Origin: Oscillospiraceae bacterium | GTDB lineage: Bacteria > Bacillota > Clostridia > Oscillospirales > Oscillospiraceae | Length of the DNA stretch: 51,185 nucleotides | NCBI GenBank assembly: GCA_017887695.1 | Contig: JAGHHM010000071.1 | Location: 1 to 51,185 of the forward strand | Direction: 5' to 3' | Shown: positions 45,208 to 51,185 of the stretch, in pieces | How the letters are laid out: each line of letters starts with the position of its first letter | How positions within the stretch are numbered: position 1 is the first letter of the stretch | The notes under the pieces: generated by a model | What the model was told of the DNA's origin: nothing | Seen by the model: the letters and a program-made list of their open reading frames with translations, nothing else | Databases searched by the model: none | Made by a program: the position numbers and the translations under genes

Positions 45208-45236
45208 AGTATACAGAATGGAAAGGGGAACGTCAA
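45208..45236 (-). promoter_or_regulatory. sigma-A promoter giving a ~230-nt leader for the CNNM gene
   Basis: On the minus strand: TTGACG (45236-45231), 17-nt spacer, TATACT (45213-45208). Confidence 0.55.
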
Positions 45237-45286
45237 TACCCGTTGCAGGACATTAACAGCATCTTAACGCCCACAGCCATTACCAC

Positions 45287-45790
45287 TCAGTAAGAACTGA
45301 TGGCCATGGAAGCATCGTCCTCACCTTTCTCTATGGCACGGATCACCACAAAATACTTCAGGTCGTCTCTGACGGTAACCTGGACCCGATCCCCTACCTG
45401 ATGTCCCAGCACCGCTTTGCCAACCGGCGACTCCTTGCTGATAAGACCTTTCAGCGCATCCTGCCGGAGAGTCGTAACGAGCTGGATCGTCATTTCCTTA
45501 TTCAGCATCTCATTAAAGATGGTAACCTTGTCAAAAAGCCCCACCTCTGCTTCATCAGAGGAGGCCGAAATCACCTTGGCCGTACGGATCATCCGCTCCA
45601 GATAGCGGATGCGGCTCTCATTACGGTTTTTCTCCTGCTTGGCGCACTTGTATTCGAAGTTTTCACTGAGATCCCCAAACCCCCTGGCAATCTGAACGTC
45701 CTCAATCAGCTTGGGCCGCAGGACCCGGACCCGGTAGTCCACCTCTTCCTTCATTTTCTGAATATCTACTTCCGTCAGTTCATCGTACAT
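45287..45790 (-). CDS. greA: transcription elongation factor GreA
   Basis: Frame of ORF 45287..45817. ATG at 45790 follows AAGGAG. The coiled-coil finger has the acidic tip motif GDLSENFEY. C-terminal globular domain. Confidence 0.9.
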   Translation of the reverse strand: MYDELTEVDIQKMKEEVDYRVRVLRPKLIEDVQIARGFGDLSENFEYKCAKQEKNRNESRIRYLERMIRTAKVISASSDEAEVGLFDKVTIFNEMLNKEMTIQLVTTLRQDALKGLISKESPVGKAVLGHQVGDRVQVTVRDDLKYFVVIRAIEKGEDDASMAISSY

Positions 45791-45890
45791 TTTCCCTGCG
45801 CTCCTTCCCTGCCGCACGGATCTGCATGATCAGGCGACGCTTCATCAGTCATTTACTTATTAACAAATTGTTAAATCCGCATAAAAGCCG

Positions 45891-45919
45891 TTGACATTTC
45901 TATTGATCTATTGTATATT
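45891..45919 (+). promoter_or_regulatory. near-consensus sigma-A promoter of the orphan RNA candidate
   Basis: TTGACA (45891-45896), 17-nt spacer, TATATT (45914-45919). Confidence 0.6.
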
Positions 45920-45925
45920 TTAATC

Positions 45926-46303
45926 ACAGGAAGACAAAGTCAAAAAGTAAGGACTCAGCAAAGAAGATCCCTGGCAAGTGTCCTTAGTCATGTCCCTGCA
46001 AATCTACCAAGGAGGTACGGTCCAATGTACAACGTAGCCTGATCCGCAAGGATGCTTAAGTTGTTCAGCGGATCAAACAAATCCAGTTTCCCAAGCAAGC
46101 GGAACCTTTTCGCACACGAAAGCAGCCATGGATGACCGTATCCAGAGAAGAGTTCGACTCTCAAGAAGCACTGTCTAACCGTACGGCAAAAGCGACAATC
46201 CGCGCAAGGGAACCCACGAAAGGTGGACACAACATTTGACAACCGAATACGTGCAGTAGCCCCACAGTCGCAAGTGTGATTGTGGGGCTGCTGCTATGTT
46301 TCC
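45926..46303 (+). ncRNA. candidate structured non-coding RNA of unknown family (~370 nt)
   Basis: Runs from its own promoter to a 14-bp terminator-like stem (46253-46266/46281-46294). No sense ORF of 60 aa or more. Local hairpins at 45948-45986, 46041-46074, 46107-46122, 46129-46144 and 46149-46161. ATCC-GCAA-GGAT tetraloop hairpin and a T-loop-like GTTCGAC. Confidence 0.45.
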
Positions 46304-46368
46304 CTCTTCACGCCTTTAAGTGTACCACCTTTCCCTGCTTCTCTTCAAGAGGCAACATTCCGAAAATC

Positions 46369-46400
46369 ACCCCGCCCCGGGGCCAAAACCGGGGCGGGGT
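46369..46400. terminator. bidirectional intrinsic terminator (sleC-like gene / plus-strand RNA)
   Basis: 12-bp GC stem ACCCCGCCCCGG / CCGGGGCGGGGT, followed by TTTCTTT on the plus strand and GATTTTCGG on the minus strand. Lies 5 nt beyond the sleC-like stop. Confidence 0.8.
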
Positions 46401-46404
46401 TTCT

Positions 46405-47640
46405 TTATGCCGCCAGTTTGGCGACCGCCACATAAATATTGGAAATACTGTACCAGGTGGCAAAATCCACTTCCCCGGTCTGAGGCATATGGAAAATGCT
46501 CTGGAAAGTCCGTACCGCCTCTTCTGTTTCCTCGCCGTAGACACCATCCGCCCGGACAGCCGGCAGTGCCGGGAAATTCTCACGGATCCGGTTGAGCTGG
46601 AGCTGGATAGTGCGCACATCCTCTCCGGCGGAACCAAGAGACAGGGTCGTGCCCCCAAACGACATGGGAACGCCTTCCACCTTTTCTGCCGGAGCCAGAT
46701 AGATATCGGAACCATAGTAGCGCCGCAGAATGCTGATCGCATCCCAGCCCTGCTCCCCCAAAGCCTGAGAGCCCCATTGGGACAGGCCGTCGCATTGGGT
46801 CCGACGTCCATCACAATATTGGGTCAGCAACGGCTGGCCCGCCCCTTCCCGGGTAATGTAGGTATTGAACAGATCATCCACTACAACGGAAATCTGCTCA
46901 AAAATGGTTCTCCCAGGCACAAAAGACTGATCATAGGCTGTGGAATTAGTAATTGTAAAGTCATATCCCTTGCCACGATACCACTCGGTATATACCCGGT
47001 TCAGCGTAAAGGAAATAATAGCCAACACATTGGCTTTGATGGTTTCTGTGGCCCAGGTGGCATAAATCTCACTGCATGCCACATTCTTGATATAGTCCCG
47101 GAACAGTACCCATTCATTGGGTGCTCCTTCATCATCCGGTTTTCCCAGATGGACGATGATATACTCCGGGATTACCGGTTCCGGCAAAACTACCAAGCCG
47201 CCGGGATCCGGCAAAGGTTTAACATCCGCCTCCGGAATCTTGGGCGGAAAATCTCCCCAAAGAGTGTGGGGTGCTATGTACAAATTGCGTACATTAAACC
47301 CGCCGGATCTGGCAGGACTCAGCGCCGCCGGCTGTACCGCCAACCCATCCGGCAACAGCTGTACACCTCCGATATGGAGCGTCTCAAACCCCTCTGCCAA
47401 AACCGTCACTGAATAGGACGCATAGGGCTTGCTGTCCCCTTTGTTGATGGAATCGGCAGCAGGTGGTGTCGGTAACTCTACCGCCTGTGTCTGGCCGGAA
47501 GAATCTGTGGTGAGCTCCAGGCGCACCGATGCGTCAGCGGGATCACTGATCCGTACGGTTGCCCCGCTGATGGGCACCACCCGGCTCTCCGTAGTCACCG
47601 TTACCTGTAAACGCCCCTGTCCTGTATAAGCTGGATTCAT
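46405..47640 (-). CDS. SleC-like spore cortex-lytic enzyme (SpoIID/LytB-like domain + PG_binding_1)
   Basis: ORF 46405..47640 after AAGGAGG. Central SpoIID-like region (YIKNVACSEIYATWATETIKANVLAIISFTLNRV). C-terminal peptidoglycan-binding repeat (GEDVRTIQLQLNRI..DGVYGEETEEAVRTFQ). Divergent from the csp subtilase genes. Confidence 0.7.
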   Translation of the reverse strand: MNPAYTGQGRLQVTVTTESRVVPISGATVRISDPADASVRLELTTDSSGQTQAVELPTPPAADSINKGDSKPYASYSVTVLAEGFETLHIGGVQLLPDGLAVQPAALSPARSGGFNVRNLYIAPHTLWGDFPPKIPEADVKPLPDPGGLVVLPEPVIPEYIIVHLGKPDDEGAPNEWVLFRDYIKNVACSEIYATWATETIKANVLAIISFTLNRVYTEWYRGKGYDFTITNSTAYDQSFVPGRTIFEQISVVVDDLFNTYITREGAGQPLLTQYCDGRRTQCDGLSQWGSQALGEQGWDAISILRRYYGSDIYLAPAEKVEGVPMSFGGTTLSLGSAGEDVRTIQLQLNRIRENFPALPAVRADGVYGEETEEAVRTFQSIFHMPQTGEVDFATWYSISNIYVAVAKLAA

Positions 47641-47725
47641 AAGGGCAGCCCTCCTTTCCGTATACTATTCTATGCGGCGCGGGTCCTATGGCTTCCGTCG
47701 TGAAATCCAGATGTGGAGTCGTCAT

Positions 47726-49294
47726 ATGGAATTCATTGTCAAATATAACGGAGATATCCTGGCGCTGGGCTATCCTACTGAGCTGCTGGGACATCAGTAT
47801 GCTATTCTGGAGCTAACCCCAGAAGAAGCTGCCAGCCTTCCCCAATACCCTCAGGTGGAGTACCTGGAGCCCTCAGAAGGCCTGTCCCCGTTTCTGCGTT
47901 CCGGGCTGGACAGCGCCTGCATTACTCCGGTTCTCCGGGATGATGTGCTGGGGCTTACCGGCAAAGGCGTCATCATAGGGTTTATCGATTCCGGCATCGA
48001 CCTTACCCATCCCGAGTTTCTGACGGAAAGCGGAGCCACCCGTGTACTAAAACTCTGGGATATGACCCTTTCCGGTACGCCTCCGACTGGATTCCGCAAG
48101 GGTGCTGTTTTTTCTTCCGGGGAAATCGATGCAGGAATTGTCCCCAGCAGGGATCTCTCAGGCCATGGTACAGCTGCTGCCGGCATTGCCGCAGGCAGCA
48201 GCGGAATCGCTCCTGAAGCGGCTATTGTCGCAGTGAAGATGGGAAGCGGCAGCGCTACCTCCACCGATGTCATGCGCGGTATCAAATTCATTTTTGACTG
48301 TGCTGCGGAAGCTGCCATGCCTTGTGTCGTCAATCTCAGCTATGGCACCAACAATGGTTCCCACCAGGGACAGTCCCTATTTGAGACCTATATGGATGCC
48401 ATGGCACAACAGGGAAAAAGCGTTATTGTCTGTGCTTCGGGCAACGAAGGCGACAGCGGCCACCATTTTCAGGGACAGCTGCCGGAAGGCAGCTTCTTGG
48501 ACGTGGAATTTACTGTATCCACGCCCCGGGAACGCATCTTTCTCACTCTTTGGAAAAGCTTTGCCGACATAGCCCGGTTTGAGATGATCCTGCCATCCGG
48601 CGCTTCCACCGGCCCCCTCTCCCCTGGCGCCGTACGGCGCTTCACGTTCGGTGGTATCAGCCTGGCCGCTGCCTTCAACGGTCCTACCCATTTTTCTACC
48701 GCACAAGAGGTTTATTTCGAGCTTTCTGCTCCCTCCGGAGGTCTCAATGGGCTCTGGATCCTCCGCTGTTATGGGGATAGAATTGTGGAAGGGCGCTTTG
48801 ACATTTGGCTGCCCACGGTGGAAGAAGTAGGCCGGGAGACTGCTTTCCTGCTTCCGGACCCTAATCTTACCATTACCCTGCCTGCTACCGCCAGGCTCCC
48901 CATCGCCGTAGGCGGCTATCGCTCCGGCACCGGTACCGCCAGCCCCTTCTCTGGACGAGGAGCCGCACCCTGTTTGGGCAACGCACTGCTGGATCTCTGC
49001 GCCCCCGCGGAACAGGTTTATACGGCCAAAGCCGGAGGAGGATATGATACCTATACCGGCACCAGTATGGCGGCGCCTTTCGTCTCAGGGTGTGGAGCGC
49101 TATTGATGGAGTGGGGCATTGTGCAGGGCTACGATCCTTTCCTCTTTGGTCAGCGGATCAAAGCCTTTCTCTGCGCCAATGCCGCCAGAAGCCCTTTTAT
49201 CCAATATCCGGATCCTGTTTGGGGGTACGGTAAGCTGAATCTTTGTCAAACGCTGGCAGATCTGGTCCGCCAGTGGGAAAGGGGGACGCTGTGA
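47726..49294 (+). CDS. S8 subtilisin-like serine protease, Csp (germination-specific protease) type
   Basis: Frame of ORF 47672..49294. ATG at 47726 lies 8 nt after GTGGAG. Catalytic triad contexts are intact: GFIDSGID (Asp), SGHGTAAAG (His), GTSMAAPFVSG (Ser). Confidence 0.8.
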   Translation: MEFIVKYNGDILALGYPTELLGHQYAILELTPEEAASLPQYPQVEYLEPSEGLSPFLRSGLDSACITPVLRDDVLGLTGKGVIIGFIDSGIDLTHPEFLTESGATRVLKLWDMTLSGTPPTGFRKGAVFSSGEIDAGIVPSRDLSGHGTAAAGIAAGSSGIAPEAAIVAVKMGSGSATSTDVMRGIKFIFDCAAEAAMPCVVNLSYGTNNGSHQGQSLFETYMDAMAQQGKSVIVCASGNEGDSGHHFQGQLPEGSFLDVEFTVSTPRERIFLTLWKSFADIARFEMILPSGASTGPLSPGAVRRFTFGGISLAAAFNGPTHFSTAQEVYFELSAPSGGLNGLWILRCYGDRIVEGRFDIWLPTVEEVGRETAFLLPDPNLTITLPATARLPIAVGGYRSGTGTASPFSGRGAAPCLGNALLDLCAPAEQVYTAKAGGGYDTYTGTSMAAPFVSGCGALLMEWGIVQGYDPFLFGQRIKAFLCANAARSPFIQYPDPVWGYGKLNLCQTLADLVRQWERGTL

Positions 49295-50994
49295 AGCTTC
49301 CGGAAGAAATGCAAGACTTTATTAATGCGCCGGACACCGTGGATTTTGTTACCCGTGCCACCGATGCTTTCTTCAATTTTGTCCGGGACAGCGGCGAGGT
49401 AATCGTAGGGCAAATTCTCTCCGGCCGTTATGTTCTGGGATACATTAAAGAAAAAAATTTCCCCCATCTGGAGGAAGCTCTTGGCGCCGGATTTGTCAGT
49501 TCTCTCTCTGTAATCCTTGGGCCTCTGGACCGCCCCGCCCTGGAGGCAGCCGGTATTATTCAGGTGCAGAATCAGCCCTATCTGAGCCTGAAAGGGCGAG
49601 GTGTTCTGTTGGGCTTTGTAGATACCGGTATTGACTATACCCTTCCCGTCTTTCGCTATGATGACGGGACCACTAAGATACAGTACCTGTATGATCAAAC
49701 TGCAGAGGGGACACCGCCAAAAGGGTTTTCCACTGGTGCGGAATACACCGCTGCGGATATCGACCAGGCCCTTGCTTCTGATGATCCCTATTCGGTGGTT
49801 CCCTCAAAAGATGAAAATGGCCATGGCACGTTTCTGGCCTCTGTGGCAGCTGGACTGCCGGTAGAAGATTTTATTGGCGCGGCTCCCGATGCAGAAATTA
49901 TTGCGGTAAAAATGCGGAAAGCTCGTCCCTTCTACCGACAGAAATACTGCGTCCCTCCCTGGCAAAATGAGGCATACGAATCCAGTGCCGTGATGGTGGG
50001 TGTGGAGTATATTCTGAAAAAAGCCCAGGCCCTGGGAAGGCCGGTAGTAATCTGCCTTGGCATGGGCACCAATTTTGGCAGCCATGATGGCTTCAGCGTT
50101 TTTGAAGAATATCTGGAGGGCGTGTCCATTCAGAAAGGCGTATGCCTCTGCGCCGCCGCAGGTAACGAAAGTCAGGCCCGCCACCATTGCCAAGGCACTC
50201 TTCTTGCCGGCGAAACCGCTGCCATTGACATAAAGGTAGGCGAGCAAGCAGGTGACATTTACCTTGCCATCTGGAACACCATTTCCGACCGCTTTTCCGC
50301 ATCTGTCCGCTCCCCTTCCGGTGAATTGGTAGGGAGAGTTCCGGCAAGAAGCGGAAATATGACAGAAGTGAAGCTGATTCTGGAACGGACAAAGGTCCAG
50401 ATAGAGTACCATTTCCCAGTAGAGGGCAGCGGCGGCCAATTGACCATAATTCGTATTCTGGATGCTACTCCAGGTATATGGACAATCACCCTATATGGGG
50501 ATATTGTACTCAATGGAGGATATCATGCCTGGCTGCCTATGACTGGCTTTGTGTCCCCTACGGTAGAATTTTTATATGCCTCCCCGGATTACACCATTAC
50601 CGTCCCCGCTACCACCACTGGCCTCATCTGCTGCGGCGCTTACAACAGTGCTAATCAGAGCATTTATCCCCGTTCTTCCCGCGGGCCCTCCCGACTGGGG
50701 CAGATTCTCCCGGATCTTGTTGCGCCCGGAGTCTCAGTGGGCGGTTACTACCCTTTTGGTTATGGCATAATGACTGGTACCAGCGCCGCAGCAGCGGTAC
50801 TGGCAGGAGCCTGTGCCCTACTGCTCCAATGGGGTATTATTGAAGAAAACGACCCCGCTATGAGTACTTATCAGATTCGGGCGTACTTGATCCGGGGTTG
50901 CCTCCGGAGTCCCGCTATGACGTATCCTAACGTACAATGGGGCTACGGGGCTATCCAGCTCATGCAGACATTTCACCTGATGCGGGAGCTTTAA
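49291..50994 (+). CDS. S8 subtilisin-like serine protease, second Csp paralogue
   Basis: Frame of ORF 49243..50994. GTG at 49291 overlaps the upstream stop (GTGA) and follows GAAAGGGGGA. Triad contexts GFVDTGID, NGHGTFLAS and GTSAAAAVLAG are intact. Confidence 0.78.
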   Translation: MKLPEEMQDFINAPDTVDFVTRATDAFFNFVRDSGEVIVGQILSGRYVLGYIKEKNFPHLEEALGAGFVSSLSVILGPLDRPALEAAGIIQVQNQPYLSLKGRGVLLGFVDTGIDYTLPVFRYDDGTTKIQYLYDQTAEGTPPKGFSTGAEYTAADIDQALASDDPYSVVPSKDENGHGTFLASVAAGLPVEDFIGAAPDAEIIAVKMRKARPFYRQKYCVPPWQNEAYESSAVMVGVEYILKKAQALGRPVVICLGMGTNFGSHDGFSVFEEYLEGVSIQKGVCLCAAAGNESQARHHCQGTLLAGETAAIDIKVGEQAGDIYLAIWNTISDRFSASVRSPSGELVGRVPARSGNMTEVKLILERTKVQIEYHFPVEGSGGQLTIIRILDATPGIWTITLYGDIVLNGGYHAWLPMTGFVSPTVEFLYASPDYTITVPATTTGLICCGAYNSANQSIYPRSSRGPSRLGQILPDLVAPGVSVGGYYPFGYGIMTGTSAAAAVLAGACALLLQWGIIEENDPAMSTYQIRAYLIRGCLRSPAMTYPNVQWGYGAIQLMQTFHLMREL

Positions 50995-51082
50995 AAACGG
51001 CGAAACACTAGGATCTCTGCCGCTGGCGGTATCGCACAGGCACGGTACCGCCAGTAACAGAGGTGGTCAGGTAATCTTTTAC

Positions 51083-51111
51083 TTGACAGAATGCATTTCT
51101 GACACTATAAT
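51083..51111 (+). promoter_or_regulatory. consensus sigma-A promoter of the tRNA gene
   Basis: TTGACA (51083-51088), 17-nt spacer, TATAAT (51106-51111), 11 nt upstream of the tRNA 5' end. Confidence 0.7.
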
Positions 51112-51122
51112 GATAAAGCCAT

Positions 51123-51185
51123 CCGGGTGTAGCGCAGTTGGTAGCGCGCATGGTTCGGGTCCATGAGGCCGTGGGTTCAAATCCC
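51123..51185 (+). tRNA. tRNA-Pro (anticodon CGG), 3' end truncated by the window edge
   Basis: Manual cloverleaf. Acceptor CCGGGTG, U8/A9, D-arm GCGC-AGTTGGTA-GCGC. Anticodon arm CATGG-TTCGGGT-CCATG with U33 and G37. T-arm GTGGG-TTCAAAT-CCC... continues past the end of the window. Confidence 0.85.

Noticed and set aside
45988-46242. 84-aa minus-strand ORF inside the candidate ncRNA region
   Set aside because: It has no RBS and a Cys/Arg/Phe/Leu-rich implausible sequence. The region's hairpin loops read as GNRA only on the plus strand.
45926-46303. Assignment of the orphan RNA to tmRNA, RNase P, SRP/4.5S or 6S RNA
   Set aside because: By eye it lacks several hallmarks: a tmRNA 5' GGGG.../3' tRNA-like CCACCA end and tag ORF; the RNase P GGAAAGUCCGG motif; the SRP GGAAGCAGCC domain IV; and a 6S-type end-to-end hairpin. 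I left it unclassified rather than forcing a name.
46276-47412. 378-aa plus-strand ORF opposite the sleC-like gene (it could have been the target of the upstream RNA or leader)
   Set aside because: It is antisense to a gene with clear SpoIID-like and PG-binding domains. It has a TTG/GTG-type start without an RBS, an Arg/Pro/Gly/Ile-rich translation, and it would cross two terminator hairpins.
1-51185. CRISPR arrays, IS elements, integrases, prophage or defence-system genes
   Set aside because: I saw no repeat-spacer arrays, no transposase, integrase or recombinase ORFs, and no terminal inverted repeats flanking a cargo. The only notable repeats are the paralogous T-box leaders, a 12-bp palindrome and a 9-bp tandem duplication.

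Overview
This is a 51-kb chromosomal segment of a moderately high-GC, endospore-forming Firmicute. It looks like Clostridia (Oscillospiraceae/Ruminococcaceae-like): AGGAGG-type ribosome-binding sites (RBS), T-box leaders, spoIIM, and a Csp/SleC germination module. I saw no mobile element, CRISPR array or recognisable defence system.

Gene content, in order:
- Glycine cleavage genes gcvH-gcvPA-gcvPB with lplA and lpd.
- A DUF951 gene with a translationally coupled micropeptide, an S1-domain protein, rarA and nth.
- Three coupled small hypothetical genes.
- A minus-strand operon: trpS, tagO, wecB and a membrane-anchored protein.
- gltX-spoIIM-ACT/MBL hydrolase.
- An AT-richer stretch with a membrane protein carrying a degenerate GGDEF and an intact EAL domain.
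- A roughly 10.8-kb aryl-acid/aromatic amino acid island.
- DUF3841, a serine hydrolase and a GH3 beta-glucosidase.
- nrdG and nrdD.
- A FecBCD-type ABC importer with an FmdE-like protein.
- A CNNM/CorC gene and greA.
- An orphan structured-RNA candidate.
- sleC-like gene plus two csp subtilases.
- The 5' part of tRNA-Pro(CGG).

Most interesting observations:
1. Two paralogous T-box leaders have specifier triplets that read UAC (Tyr) and UUC (Phe). They gate an acyl-CoA ligase + Na+/solute symporter, and iorAB-crcB-paaK-ACT. This fits starvation-induced salvage of arylacetates into aromatic amino acids.
2. A roughly 370-nt promoter-to-terminator unit at 45.9-46.3 kb has no sense ORF and several hairpins. 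I could not assign it to any RNA family.
3. NrdD carries a C-terminal thioredoxin-fold (CPNC) domain.

All calls rest on reading the sequence and on motif recognition. No database search was run. Start codons were re-picked by RBS spacing and are less certain than the reading frames.
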